Source: Blepharisma stoltei ATCC 30299 (Eukaryota > Protista > Ciliophora). Taken from it: DNA of 64,000 nucleotides. Each line of letters starts with the position of its first letter. Position 1 is the first letter of the stretch. The notes below the pieces were generated by a model. That model did no database searches, was not told the origin of the DNA, and saw only the letters and a program-made list of their open reading frames with translations. Positions 12,261-27,500 of this stretch are shown here, piece by piece. The translations under genes were made by a program, and so were the position numbers. The stretch is taken from the NCBI GenBank assembly GCA_965603825.1, contig CBFDEM010000061.1:124001-188000 (forward strand). Direction: 5' to 3'.

Positions 12261-15200
12261 TTAATTACATTGCGGATTATTGTTTTCTTTGACAATTCCT
12301 GACTTCACAAGTTTTTCTTTTATAACTTGATATAAAGTTTTAGAAAAAATAATTATTGAAGAAATTGTTTGAATTGCTATAATAACTAGGACAATTATGA
12401 TAATAGAATCCTCAATCCCTTCCATAACTTCTTGCTCAGAATTAAATAAATAAGCAGTTGTAGCGCTCATTATTAAGAAAATCAATATTTCAGTCACTAA
12501 GTTGGTTATCTGTAAAACTTGGTCTTCAAAGGGTCAGCACCAAGCTAAGTATATCATAATTAAAAAGGAAAGAACAATATTCACAGTCACTTCAGTTTGT
12601 GGATAATCTCTCAAATAAACCAAGTTTATTATATAAACTAGCCTTCTAGCAAAAAATAGAAAATAGTATTGAGCTATTATAAATCCTTTGTCTATTCGAA
12701 ACTCATAAAAAAAAAAGTGCTAAATGAGGCAAAAAATGCTTTATCACGGGTTTTAATAAAGGCCTTATTTTTATAAGAAAACCAAAAATATGCACCTGGG
12801 GTAGCTATTAGTAATATACAAAGAGCTAAACACAAAGCAAAATTTGCAATTTGTGTAATATTGCTAAATTCAAAAATTGTAAGTCCAATGCATGCAGCTG
12901 CTCCTAATTCTAGGTAGCATTGGATTCAAAACCTTAAATAAAAGGCATATTGATAATCTCCCAATCTTTTTGTAAATTTTTTACCTATCCATCTGTGAGA
13001 GCATCGAGAAAAATATAAAATTAAAGGTAGAGCTGCAATTGAGCCTAAAAGCAATGTAAAATCATTTCCTTGATTTATTAGGATTAAATCAGTATCAAAT
13101 CCAAATTCTTCAGCTTGAGAGTATGGAGTATTTCCTTTGTTTTTATCTATAAAATATGGGAAAACATTAGGGAATAAATTAAAAGAACTCAAATTATTCA
13201 AAAATGACCTCATTTTGCTTGAAAAAGGGATCCCTGATAAAGTCATGTAGCTCAGAATTTGCAAAGTGTTCATCAGGCATCATAAAGAGCTTGAACTTGA
13301 ATTTATAATTGACATAGAAGCAACTATAGATACAGTTGTTTGAGATATTGCTTGAGATTGAGATGAGACTGACTCAGTAACTGGCGAATTTGATGTTGGG
13401 TCATATGAGTTTAAGCTTGCAGAAATCTCTGATGAATTTAAGATGCCATTTGATATCGATTTTACTTTTGATAGGTCTTTAAATTGAACAGTAGCTAAAG
13501 TACCTTTAGAAATTTTCTCACTAATTGCTAAAGAAATATAATAGCATGTGTTGTTCATTTTTTCTAATTTAGATGAAATTTCTTCTTGATTTCCAATGAT
13601 TATAACAAAATCTGAAGTATTTAGATCTTTTACTAGACTTTCAGAAAAAGTCAGATATAAAGAGTTATCAGCCAAAACTGTAAGCTTTGCTGAAAAAGAG
13701 ACTAAAATACAACTCTCTATTCCATTATATCCTAAGTTGCAATAGCATAGGTCGTTTTGAATACTAGCATTATTTGCACAAGCTGTGCATTTCGTAAGAG
13801 ACTCACAAGATGAGCATAAATTTGGGCATGCATGAAAGTGTCCGTCTTCTCCTTTGAATCCGCCAGACTCAATTGGAATGCATGTATTACTTTGGGTATC
13901 ATCAAGTACATAGTTATCATCACAGGCACACGAACCAGGGTTAATAGTATTTTCTTTACAAGCTTCACAGCTTGAATAATCACTACAGGATTCACATAAT
14001 AAATTATCGCAAAGCGAGCAAGTATCTCGTCAGTCTCTGCAACTTTTTGTACATTTAATATTACAATTATAGCATTTATTATAAGCTGGGCCACTTCAAT
14101 ATTCTTTTATTTTGCAATTAGGTATGCATACTTGGCTGATAGGACAAACACTACAGCTTTCAGTACAAGATGTTGTTGATAGGCTTGATATAGGTTTTAC
14201 TGCATTAAAAATCTGAATAGTATAAATAAAGCCTTGATAATAATTATAAACTGCTGAAGAGCTAATTTGAGCTCCTATAGTCATTGTGGTGTGAGGACCT
14301 ATATCATTAAAAGTTCCATATCCTGTCGTCACAGAAGAGTCAAATAACCCATTTACATAGCTTGAAATTATATTATAGCCCTGTTCATTTCCAAAGTAAA
14401 TACAATATGGCTCCATTCATAATTATTAAGCGATGTTTGGGACATATAAAAAAATGCAGATGAGCTTATTAGAAGCGAAATTGTTGGCTTGCCTGCTATT
14501 AGAGAAATATAGTAAACAGTTGAGTAATTATCAGAAATATTATGCTTTGAAAATATAGCAGAATCGGCTGTTTCAATATTAAGCCATATAGAAATAGTGA
14601 AAGCCGGGGCTATAACAAGTTTTGGCAATGTATAGGTTGAGCACTCTGGCATCCTTAAAATTGAAGATTCACCATTAAAATAGAAGCCTCTTAGGTAAGC
14701 AGGGATAGGGTCATCGGCTTCATAGTCTGGATAAAATTGTTTTGTTGATCCAGTTATAACTGGAATTAAGCTTGCATCATCATAAACTATGCCATTCAGA
14801 GTATTCAAATTTAAATCAAATATTTTTTCATGAGAAAATGCACACACACCTGAAGAAGAAATATATCCTGATGGGCAGCTTGAAGAGCAAATTCCTAAAA
14901 CCATATAATATCCACTATAGCACGTCAAGCAATCATACCAATTAGCAGATGCACAGGATTTGCATGATATATCGCATAGCTCACAGCTTTCATTAATATC
15001 ATTCCAATAATATCCAGAATTGCATTGGCAATATGTGCCTATAAAACTTGCATTGGAAACGCATTGAGTACATTTTCCTGATCCAAAGCCAGTGCATATT
15101 AAGCATAATGAATCTTCACAGATATTGCAATTTCCAGCTCTTACACAGCCTTTGATGCATGAATTGCAGGATATATAAGAAGATCCACTTCAAAAATGAG

Positions 15201-17100
15201 ACAAGTCACAAGACCATAAACAAGCGTGCCCTGATCCACACACAGCAATAATATAACTTGAAAAAGAGCTGATTGGTGCATTTCAGAGCTGAAAAGAGTT
15301 AATAAACCCTTTAAACCCGGACGAACTGCTTTTGCCAATCATTAAGTTTGTGGAAGCAAGGTCTCTATAAATATATTTTGAAACTGGTAGGGTTGAAGCT
15401 ATAACATTGTTGACATAGATTGTGATAGTTGTACTACCAGATAAATATGCAAAAGTAACTGACAAATAATTCCAATCAGCAAGCGTTGCGCCTAAAGACA
15501 ATGTTTTAGAAGCTGCAGCTTGAGTAGGATCTTCCATAATAGCTGCAACTCCTGATGATGATAAAATAAGCCGAGTTTGTTTTTCTAATATATCGCCACT
15601 CGCAGTCACATATAGCCATAATCCAATAGAAAAACTATGATAAAGGAGTATTGATGCGGATGATAAAAGATAAGCACTCCCATCAAAATATAAGCCTCTC
15701 ATATAGGCAGGAATTGGGTCAACTGATTCTGGAGTGTTAAAAAACTGAAAAGATGATGAACTGGTTCCTGTTGTCAAAATTCCATAATAGCCTTGAAAAT
15801 CTATATTGAAAGAATTATTTATCACAGGGGTTGTTACAGGCAAACAAGACCCACCAAACTCATAAGGACAGCCATTTAGACAGACATTTCCAACTAGTTG
15901 ATAGCTCCCTGTACAAGTTGAGCACTCAAAATAAGCTGTTTTTAAGCAATTCGAGCAAATCACATCACATTTTTCACATGATTGAGTTAAAGATACCCAA
16001 AATGCATTAGTATTGCAAGTGCATCCTCCATTTCCATCACTAACAGCATTCGTAATGCAAGTCGAGCATGAGTCTGTCCCTGTGAATGCTTCGCATGTAG
16101 CACATTCTTTAGTCTTACATAAATTGCAAGTATCAGAGCTTACGCATCCTTTATCACAGCTTGCCATACAGTCTAAGCAAGATGAACCATATATATATTT
16201 ATTTAATGGGCAATCACTTGGACAACTCAGGTTATTTGAACATTTTGTGCAGGGTGATGTGCATCCTACTGTTCTCCAATCGCTTAAGTGTAAGCCATTT
16301 GAGTTATAAATATTCAATTTCCATAAAAAGCCTGTAAAGCCAGAGCTGTCGTGCCCTACATGTACATTTCCTGAAACACTGTCTTGTATAAACATTGCAG
16401 TCGACGTTGTAAAAGATTGTAAATTTCCCGTAGGACAATATGATAAACATAATATGTTTTGGTATGAGAAAGAGCCAGAATCATAGGTAATGCAATAAAC
16501 TTGTGCTGTGAGACCAACTATAATAATTAGCTGAAAATTGAGCTTGCCATCTCTATTTGCTAAATCCATAATTTTACGAGCAAATAGAATCAGAAATGCA
16601 TAAAGCACAATTAAATGATAAGGTGCATTATAAAAATCTGAAAAAATGTTTGATTTTGATATATATGAATTTGGAGCTTTTTCTCAAATAAGTGGATTTA
16701 TTGATAAATCCCACTTAAAATAATAACATAGTGTAAATTTTTGGTTTTCTATGATGCTTGAGGCTGCATCAAAATAAAATAATTGATTAGTAGATGATAT
16801 AAGGAATTTTTGAGTGCAAGATATAGTAGGCATTGGAACAGGCAAAAATTGTGAAGAATAATTTAAATTTGAGAAATTTGTTGTGGCTAAATCTTGAACA
16901 ATTGAAACATTAAATTCAAGTGAATTAGCTTTATCTTTGTTGAGCATTGTATATAAGCCAAAGCTAATATTATGGTCTAATCAATACAAAAGGGAGCAAA
17001 GATAAAAGTGGCCGGGTTTTATTCCTCAATTGCAGTTGCCATGCAGGCTAAGTAGTCAGATGAGCACAGCCTTGGAGATTATAATCAGAATAAATTTCAT
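12261..17100 (-). pseudogene. Copy C: short-form paralog with two frameshifts, an in-frame deletion of most of LamG3 and a shortened C-terminus
   Basis: ATG 17100 (MKFILIIISKAVLIW). There is a -1 nt change at ~14380 (gccctg vs gccactg in paralogs) and a +2 nt change in an A-run at 12707-12716 (10 A vs 8 A). It ends ENNNPQCN-TAA at 12261. The homopolymer shift could be a sequencing error. Confidence 0.7.
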
Positions 17101-17493
17101 TACTTCATTATGTTATGATGGCGAAACAAATCGATATTCGGTATTAAGAATTAAAAATACTTATTGAAGAAATATTTGAAAACGGTTTGATCTAAGAATT
17201 ATAAATGCCTAAAATATAAAATCCACACATAAGTGCTTGAATTATTTGAAAACCCTTAACTAAAAATTGCAATGCATTCGAAAATTCTAATGAAAAGATA
17301 AATATGATAAGCACGTAGGAATATAATTAATAGTAGTCTTACTTAATTAGCTTGGAACTTTTGTACATGAAAGTTTTAATTCAAATGAAATTTCGAAATT
17401 AAATAGGCTTATTGAGCTAATAGAAAAGGGTATATTTCTATATGTAATTCTGAACCAGCTTTGCATTTATATGCTTAAAAGTCAAAAAATGGC

Positions 17494-17690
17494 TCAAGTT
17501 GCTATTTGAATAGAATAGGCTGACCAAATAATTTTAGAAATAAAAGCCAGATTAAACATTAATAAATATAATAAATGCCAAATTTGCATTAAAGAAATTA
17601 AAAAAAGTTGAAATTATAGTTAAGTCCATTAAGCTTTTAGAATTAGGAAATAATTTAAAGATAAAATTCCTATATTTTGCTTTCATATTT
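17494..17690. repeat. Conserved intergenic block (TCAAGTTGCTATTTGAATAGAATAGGCTGACCAAATAATTTTAGAAATAAAAGCCAGATTAAA...), with copies at ~11686, ~17494, ~23979 and ~50915
   Basis: A near-identical ~65-bp core occurs in four spacers whose neighbouring sequence differs by many indels. Confidence 0.75.
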
Positions 17691-18249
17691 ACTCCTCATT
17701 AAAAAATATTTAAAGATTTATATATCTTAAAAGTATTTTTCAAATTTCAAAAAATTCTATAGAAAATTCCGTTTAATATAATTAGCTTTGATAACCATTA
17801 TTGAAAGAAAATTTTATCTATAAATAGGATTTTTGAAATGTTTCTCAAGTAGCTAGCAACATTTACTTCGATTATTTTATTCCAGCTGCTTCAAATTAAA
17901 CTATTAAAATAAATATATATATTGACTTCAAATAATTTTATCTTTAATTTACAAGCATTTAAAAACTATTTGTCTAGTTATGGAAGAAATAATTATTTTT
18001 AATTTAATATGTTTAAAATGAGACCCTATTCTCATTTTGACCATTTTTAGTCCACTGAGTATTAGCAAACCCGAAATAAAAGCCTGCAATTAAAATATAA
18101 ATTTTATTAGATCTCTCTAGCAGATTATTTTTTGCTTTTAAGTTCAAACATCTAAAACCTATGCTTTATCGGTTTTCGGCGGAAAATTATTATAACTATA
18201 GCTAAATTATAAACTTTTAAATATTCAAAGCTTCTCATTCTGTTAATTA

Positions 18250-21200
18250 TTATATTTGAATTTTTCTAATGTGATTACATAGCGGATTATTGTTTTCTTT
18301 GACAATTCCTGACTTCACAAGTTTTTCTTTAATAGCTTGGTATAAAGTTTTAGAAAAAATAATTATTGAAGAAATTGTTTGAATTGCTATAATAACTAGG
18401 ACAATTATGATAATAGAATCCTCAATTCCTTCTATCACTTCTTGCTCAAAATTAAATAAATAAGCAGCTGTAGCACTCATTATTAAGAAAATCAATATTT
18501 CAGTCACTAAGTTAGTTATTTGTAAAATTTGGTCTTTAAAGGGTCAGCATAAAGCTAAGTACATTATAGTTAAAATGGAAAGAACAATATTCACAGTCAC
18601 TTCGGTTTGTGGATAATCTCTCAAGTAAACCAAGTTTATTATATAAGCTAGCCTTCTAGCAAAAAATAGAAAATAGTATTGGGCTGTTAAAAGTCCTTTT
18701 TCTGTTCGAAACTCATAAAAAAAAGTGCTAAATGAGGCAAAAAATGCTTTATCATGGGTTTTAATGAGGACTTTATTTTTATAAGAAAACCAAAAATATG
18801 CACCTGGAGTAGCTAGTAGTAATATGCAAAGAGATAAACTCAAAGCAAAATTTGCAATTTGTGTAATATTGCTAAATTTAAAAATTGTAAGTCCAATGCA
18901 TGCAGCTGCTCCTAATTCTAAGTAGCATTGGATCCAAAACCTTAAATAAAAGGCATATTGATAATCTTTCAATCTTTTTGTAAATTTATTGCCTATCCAT
19001 CTATTAGAGCATCGTGAAAAATATAAAATTAAAGGTAGAGCTGCAATTGAGCCTAATAGCAATGTAAAATCATTTCCTTGATTTATTAGGATTAAATCAG
19101 TATCAAATCCAAATTCTTCAGCTTGAGAGTATGGGGTATTTCCTTTGTTTTTATCTATAAAATATTGGAAAACGTTAGGAAATAAATTAAAAGAATTCAA
19201 GTTATTCAAAAACGATCTCATTTTGCTTGAAAAAGGGATCCCTGATAAAGTCATGTAGCTCAGAATTTGCAAAGTGTTTATCAGGCATCATAAAGAGCTT
19301 GGATTTGAATTTAAAATTGATATAGAAGCAACTACAGATACGGCCGCTTGAGATGTTGTTTGAGATTGAGATGAGACTGACTCAGTAACTGGCGAATTTG
19401 ATGCTGGGTCATATGAGTTTAAGCTTGCAGAAATCTCTGATGAATTTAAGATACCATTTGATACCGATTTCACTATTGATAGATCTATAAATTGAATAAT
19501 AGCTAAAGTACCTTTAGAAATTTTCTCACTAATTGCTAAAGAAATATAATAGCATGTGTTGTTCATTTTTTCTAATTTAGATGAAATTTCTTCTTGATTT
19601 CCAATGATTATAACAAAATCTGAAGTATTTAGATCTTTTACTAGACTTTCAGAAAAAGTCAGATATAAAGAGTTATCAGCCAAAACTGTAAGCTTTGCTG
19701 AAAAAGAGACTAAAATACAACTCTCTATTCCATTATATCCTAAGTTGCAATAGCATAGGTCGTTTTGAATACTAGCATTACTTGTACAAGCTGTGCATTT
19801 TGTAAGAGACTCACAAGATGAGCATAAATTTGGACATTTATGAAAGTGTCCATCTTCCCCTTTGAATCCGCCAGACTCAATTGGAATGCATGTATTACTT
19901 TGGGTATCATCAAGTACATAGTTATCATCACAGGCACACGAATCAGGGTTAATAGCATGTTCTTTACAAACTTCACAGCTTGAATAATCACTACAGGATT
20001 CACATAATAAATTATCGCAAAGCGAGCAAGTATCTCGTCAGTCTCTGCAGCTTTTTTTACATTTAATATTGCAACTATAGCATTTGTTATAGGCTGGGCC
20101 GCTTCAATATTCTTTTATTTTGCAGTTTGGGATGCAGATTTGGTTGATAGGACAAACACTACAGCTTTCAGTACAAGATGTTGTTGATAGGCTTGATATA
20201 GGTTTTACTGCATTAAAAATCTGAATAGTATAAATAAAGCCTTGATAATAATTATAAACTTCTGAAGAGCTAATTTGAGCTCCTATAGTCATTGTGGTGT
20301 GAGGACCTATATCATTAAAAGTTCCATATCCTGCTGCCGCAGAAGAGTCTGATAGCCCATTTACATAGCTTGAAATTATATTAGAGCCACTGTTCATTTC
20401 CAAAGTAAATACAATATGGCTCCATTCATAATTATTAAGCGATGTTTGGGACATATAAAAAAATGCAGATGAGCTTATTAGAAGAGAAAACGCTGGCTTG
20501 CCTTCTATTAGAGAGATATAGTAAACAGTTGAGTAATTATCAAAAATATTATGCTTTGAAATTATAGCAGAATAGGCTGTTTCAATATTAAGCCACATAG
20601 AAATAGTGAAGGCTGGGGCTATAACAAGTTTTGGCAATGTATAGGTTGAGTACTCTGGCATCCTTAAAATTGAAGATTCACCATTAAAATAGAAGCCTCT
20701 TAGATAAGCAGGGATAGGATCATCGGCTTCATAGTCTGGATAAAATTGTTTTGCTGATCCAGTTATAACTGGAATTAAGCTTGCATCATCGTAAACTATA
20801 CCATTCAGAGTATTCAAATTTAAATCAAATATTTTTTCTTGAGAAAATACACACACACCTTCAGATGAAGAAATATATCCTGATGGGCAACTTGAAGAGC
20901 AAATTCCTAAAACCATATAATATCCACTATAGCACGTCAAGCAATCATATCAATTAGCAGATGTGCATGATTTGCATGATGTATCGCATAGCTCACAGCT
21001 TTCACTAATATCATTCCAATAATATCCAGAATTGCATTGGCAATTTGTGCCTATAAAACTTGCATTGGAAACGCATTGAGTACATTTTCCTGATCCAAAG
21101 CCAGTACATATTAAGCATAATGAATCGTCACAGATATTGCAATTTGCGGCTCTTACACAACCTTTGCTGCATGAATTGCAGGATAAATAAGTAGATCCGC

Positions 21201-23604
21201 TTCAAAAATGAGACAATTCACAAGACCATAAACAAGCATGCCCTGATCCACACACAGCATTAATATAGCTTGAAAAAGAGCTGATTGGTGCATTTCAGAG
21301 CTGAAAAGAGTTAATAAACCCTTTAAACCCGGACGAGCTGCTTTTGCCAATCATTAAGTTTGTGGAAGCAAGGTCTCTATAAATATATTTTGAAACTGGT
21401 AGGGTTGAAGCTATAACATTGTTGACATAGATTGTGATAGTTGTACTACCAGATGAATATTCAAAAGTCACTGACAAATAATTCCAATCAGCAAGTGTTG
21501 TGCCTAAAGACAAAGTTTTAGAAGCTGTAGCTTGAGTTGGATCTTCCATAATAGCTGTAACTCCTGATGACGATAAAATAAGCCGAGTTTGTTTTTCTAA
21601 TATATCGCCACTCACTGTTACATATAGCCATAATCCGATAGAAAAGCTATGATAAAGGAGTATTGATGTGGATGATAAAAGATAAGCACTCCCATCAAAA
21701 TATAAGCCTCTCATATAGGCAGGAATAGGGTCAACTGATTCTGGAGTGTTAAAAAACTGAAAAGATGATGAACTGGTTCCTGTTGTCAAAATTCCATACG
21801 AGCCTTGAAAATCTACACTGAAAGACTTGTCTACCACAGGAGTCGTTATAGGCAAACAAGACCCTCCAAACCCATAAGGACAGCCATTTAGACAGACATT
21901 TCCAACTAATTGATAGCTCCCTGAACAAGCTGAGCACTCAAAATAAGATGTTTTTAGGCAATTCGGGCAAAGCACGTCACATCTTTCACATGATTGAGTT
22001 AGAGATAGTCAAAATGCATATGCATCACAAGTGCAACCTCCATTTCCATCACTAACAGCATTCGCAATACAACCCAAGCATGAGCCTGTCCCTATGAATT
22101 CTGTACATGTAGCACATTCTTTAGTCAAACATAAATTGCAGGTATCAGAATTTACGCATCCTTTGTTACAGCTTGTCTTACAGTCTTTACAAGATAAACC
22201 ATCAACATACTTATCTAATGGACAATCACTTGGACAACTTAAATCAGCTGGGCATTTTGTGCAGGGTGGTGTGCATCCTGATGTTTGCCATTCATCTAAG
22301 TCATCATTATTTAAGCAATACATTTTTATTTTCCAAATAAAGCCTGTAAATCCACCAATATCATATCCTATATATAAGTTTCCTAAAACGCTGTCTTGTA
22401 GATACAATGCAGTTGCTGTTGTGAAATATTGTAAGAATATTCCATCAATATAAGAGACTATTGTTGTTATTCCGTCAGCATTAAGGTATCCGTCAAATGA
22501 AACAAAGAATCACCCATTCAAAACATTAGAATTTCCTGTTACTGAAATTATGGTTGATGAATCTGACATAAGTAGGGAAAGCATAGGATATCCTGAGGAC
22601 AAAATTTCTACAACCCATTGGTATGCTGGTATAGGCTTGACTAGAACTATTCCTGCAGATAGAGCCTTTAGCCATATAGCAATTGAAAATGTTGGAGCGA
22701 GCATATGAGGTGATGCTAAATAACTATTAGATTTAAAGTAGTAGCCTCTCGATTTAACTGGTCAAGGATCATTTGTATCATAAGTTGGATAAGTATTAGT
22801 TATCGAATTTCCTACCAAAACCACTCCTTTTTGGTCAAGAATAATCTCATTATCTAAAGACAAGGTAAACGTAACAAAAAAGCTGTAATCGCAGGTATTT
22901 GTGACTATATTTTGTAAATACCCTGTAGGGCAATACGACAAACATAATATGTTTTGGTATGAGAAAGAGCCAGAACCACAGGTTATGCAATAAACTTGTG
23001 TTATGAGACCAGCTATAGTAATTAGCTGAAAATTGAGCTTGGCATCTCTATATGCTAAACCCAGAATTTTACAAGTAAATAGAATCAAAAATGCATAAAG
23101 TGCAATTAAATGATAAGGTGCATTATAAAAGTCTGAAAAAATGCTTGGCCACGATATATAAGAATTTGAAGCTTTTTCTCAAGTAAGTGAATTTATTGAT
23201 AAAACCCACTTAAAATAATCATATAGTTTAAATTTTAGGTTTTCTGTGATGCTTGAAGCTGCATCAAAATAAAATTCCTGATTGGGAGATAGTATCAGGG
23301 ATTGCTTAGCGCGAAATGAAACAGGGATTGGAATAAAAGGAGAAATATTTGAGTATGAGAAATTTGTAGCTGCTAAATCTTGAACATTTGAAAAATTCAT
23401 TTCAAGCGAATTTTCCTTATCTTCGCTTTGTATTATGTAAATATTCTGGCTTATTAAACTAAATAGGGAAGAATTTGCTTTTCTGCAGTCAATTTTCTGT
23501 TTAAGATAAAAGTGATCAGGCTTTATTCCTCAACTATAGCTGTCATGTGGACTGAATGACCAGATGAGCATAGCTTTGAAGAGAATAATCAGAATAAAAT
23601 TCAT
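18250..23604 (-). CDS. Copy D, ~1784 aa: short form (leader, LamG3, LamG4, LamG7, stalk, multi-pass TM)
   Basis: Nine track ORFs from 18250 to 23400 are in one phase. The upstream frame was read by hand and is open to ATG 23604 (MNFILIILFKAMLIW). Stop is TAA TAA. Confidence 0.85.
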
Positions 23605-24549
23605 TATGTCATTAAGGCATCATGGTGAAACAAATCAATAATTAGATGTTAAGAACTAAAAAATTTTATAGGAGATATTTGAAAATGTTTTGATCTAAGA
23701 ATTATAAATACCTAACATATAAAATTTATAGCACCAGTGCTTGAAACCCTTACCTAAAAAATGCAATGCTTCGAAAATTTGCATGAAAAGATAAGCATGA
23801 TAAGTACTTAGGAATGTAATTAATAGCAGTCTTGCTTAATTAGCTTGAAACTTTGGTACTTGGAATTTTTAATTCAAATGAAAATAGTCTTGTTGAACTA
23901 AATACAAAAGGGTAAATTTCTATGTGCAATTTTGAGCTAATACTCCATTTATATGCCAAAAAGCCTAAATTTGTGGCTTCAAGTTGCTATTTGAATAGAA
24001 TAGGCTGACCAAATAATTTTAGAAATAAAAGCCAGATTAAAAATATTAGTAAATATAACAAATGGCAAATTTGCATAAAAGAAATTGAAATTATAATAAA
24101 GTCCATTTAATTTAAAGTCTAATTTGCCAAGCAACTCTAAGAAAAATTTAATGATTTAAGTTTAGAGTATATAATTAACTTTGATTTAGTTATAATAACC
24201 ATATTTATATGAAAATTTTAATTTATGAAACTTGAATAATAAATCTAAAATGGGATTTTTGAATGCTTCTCATTGTCTAGTTATGGAAGAAGTAATTATT
24301 TTTAGTTTAATATGTTTAAAATGAGACCCTGTTCTCATTTTGACCGCGTTTAGTTCAATGAGCATTGACAAATTCAAAATAAAAACCTGCAATTAAAATA
24401 TTAATAATATTAGATCTCACCAGCAGATTATTTTTGCTTTTAAGTTCAAACATCTAAAACCTACGTTTATCGGTTTTCAACGAAAATAATTATAACTATA
24501 GCTAAATTATAAACTTTAAATATTCAAAGCTTCTCATTCTGCTTAATTA

Positions 24550-27500
24550 TTATATTTGAATTTTCCTAATACGATTATATTGCGGATTATTGTTTTCTTT
24601 GACAATTCCTGACTTCACAAGTTTTTCTTTGATAGCTTGGTATAAAGTTTTAGAAAAAATAATTATTGAAGAAATTGTTTGAATTGCTATAATAACTAGG
24701 ACAATTATGATAATAGAGTCCTCAATCCCTTCTATAACTTCTTGCTCAAAATTAAATAAATAAGCAGTTGTAGAGCTCATTATTAAGAAAATCAATATTT
24801 CAGTCACTAAGTTGGTTATTTGTAAAATTTGATCTTCAAAGGGCCAGCATAAAGCTAAGTATATCATAGTTAAAAAGGAAAGAACAATATTCACAGTCAC
24901 TTCGGTTTGTGGATAATCTCTTAAATAAACCAAATTTACTATATAAACGAGCCTCCTAGCAAAAAATAGGAAATAGTATTGGGTTGTTATCAGTCCTTTA
25001 TCTGTTCTAAACTCATAAAAAAAAGTGCTAAATGAGGCAAAAAATGCTTTATCACGGGTTTCAATGCGGGCTTTATTTTTATAAGAAAACCAAAAATATA
25101 CACCTGGAGTAGCTATTAGTAATATGCAAAGAGATAAACACAAAGCAAAATTTGCAATTTGTGTAATATTGGTAAATTCAAAAATTGTAAGTCCAATACA
25201 TGCAGCTGCTCCTAACTCAAGATAGCATTGAATCCAAAACCTAAAATAAAAGGCATATTGATAATCTCCCAATCTTTTTGTAAATTTATTACCTATCCAT
25301 CTATTAGAGCATCGAGAAAAATATAAAATTAAAGGTAGAGCTGCAATTGAGCCTAAAAGCAATGTAAAATCATTTCCTTGATTTATTAGGATTAAATCAG
25401 TATCAAATCCAAATTCTTCAGCTTGAGAGTATGGAGTATTTCCTTTGTTTTTATCTATAAAATATTGGAAAACGTTAGGGAATAAATTAAAAGAATTCAA
25501 ATTATTCAAAAATGACCTCAGTTTGCTTGAAAAAGGGATTCCTGATAAAGTCATGTAGCTCAGAATTTGCAAAGTGTTCATCAGGCATCATAAAGAGCTT
25601 GAACTTGAATTTATAATTGACATAGAAGCAACTACAGATACAGTTGTTTGAGATGCTGTTTGGGATTGAGATGAGACTGACTCAGTAACTGGCGAATTTG
25701 ATTCTGGATCATATGAGTTTAAGCTTGCAGAAATCTCTGATGAATTTAAGATACCATTTGATACCGATTTTACTTTTGATAGATCTATAAATTGAATAAT
25801 AGCTAAAGTACCTTCGGAAATTTTCTCAGTAATTGCTAAAGAAATATAATAGCATGTGTTGTTCATTTTTTCTAATTTAGATGAAATTTCTTCTTGATTT
25901 CCAATTATTATAACAAAATCTGAAGTAGTTAGATTTTTTGCTAGACTTTCAGAAAAAGTCAGATATAAAGAGTTATCAGCCAAAACTGTAAGCTTTGCTG
26001 AAAAAGAGACTAAAATACAACTTTCTGTTCCATTATATCCTAAGTTGCAATAGCATAGGTCGTTTTGAATACTAGCATTACTTGTACAAGCTGTGCATTT
26101 TGTAAGAGACTCACAAGATGAGCATAAATTTGGACATTTATGAAAGTGTCCATCTTCCCCTTTGAATCCGCCAGACTCAATTGGAATGCATGTATTACTT
26201 TGGGTATCATCAAGTACATAGTTATCATCACAGGCACACGAACCAGGGTTAATAGTATTTTCTTTACAAGCTTCACAGCTTGAATAATCACTACAGGATT
26301 CACATAATAAATTATCGCAAAGCGAGCAAGTATCTCGTCAGTCTCTGCAGCTTTTTTTACATTTAATATTGCAACTATAGCATTTGTTATAGGCTGGGCC
26401 GCTTCAATATTCTTTTATTTTGCAGTTAGGTATGCATACTTGGCTGATAGGACAAACACTACAGCTTTCAGTACAAGATGTAGTTGATAGGCTTGATATA
26501 GGTTTTACTGCATTAAAAATCTGAATAGTATAAATAAAGCCTTGATAATAATTATAAACTGCTGAAGAGCTAATTTGAGCTCCTATAGTCATTGTGGTAT
26601 GAGAACCTATATCATTAAAAGTTCCATATCCTGTCGTCACAGAAGAGTCAAATAACCCATTTACATAGCTTGAAATTATATTAGAGCCACTGTTCATTTT
26701 CAAAGTAAATACAATATGGCTCCATTCATAATTATTAAGCGATGCTTGAGACATATAAAAAAATGCAGATGAGCTTATTAGAAGCGAAATTGTTGGCTTG
26801 CCTGCTATCAGAGAAATATAGTAAAGCGTTGAGTAATTGTCAGAAGCATCGTGCTTTGAAATTATAGCTGAATAGGATGTTTCAGTGTTAAGCCATATAG
26901 AAATCGTGAAGATCGGGGCTATAACAAGTTTTGGCGATGTATAGGTTGAATACTCTGGCATCCTTAAAATTGAAGATTCTCCATTAAAATAGAAGCCTCT
27001 TAGGTAAGCAGGAATAGGGTCATCGGCTTCATAGTCTGGATAAAATTGTTTTGCTGATCCAGTTATAACTGGAATTGAGCTTGCATTATCATACACTATA
27101 CCATTCAGAGTATTTAAATTTAAATCAAATATTATTTCTTGAGAAAATACGCACACACCTGTAGATGAAGAAATATATCCTGATGGACAGCTTGAAGAGC
27201 AAATTCCTAAAACCATATAATATCCACTATAGCACGTCAAGCAATCATATCAATTAGCAGATGTACATGATTTGCATGATATATCGCATAGCTCACAGCT
27301 TTCATTAATATCATTCCAATAATATCCAGAATTGCATTGACAATTTGTGCCTATAATACTAGCATTAGAAACGCATTGAGTACATTTTCCTGATCCAAAG
27401 CCAGTGCATATTAAGCACAATGCATCATCACAGACATTGCAATTTGCGGCTCTTACACAGCCTTTGCTGCATGAATTGCAGGATATATAAGAAGATCCGC

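Noticed and set aside
12700-14385. Programmed frameshifting or tiny introns explaining the phase shifts in copy C
   Set aside because: Paralog comparison shows simple +2 (A-run) and -1 indels with no inserted GT..AG segment. Mutation or sequencing error is simpler.
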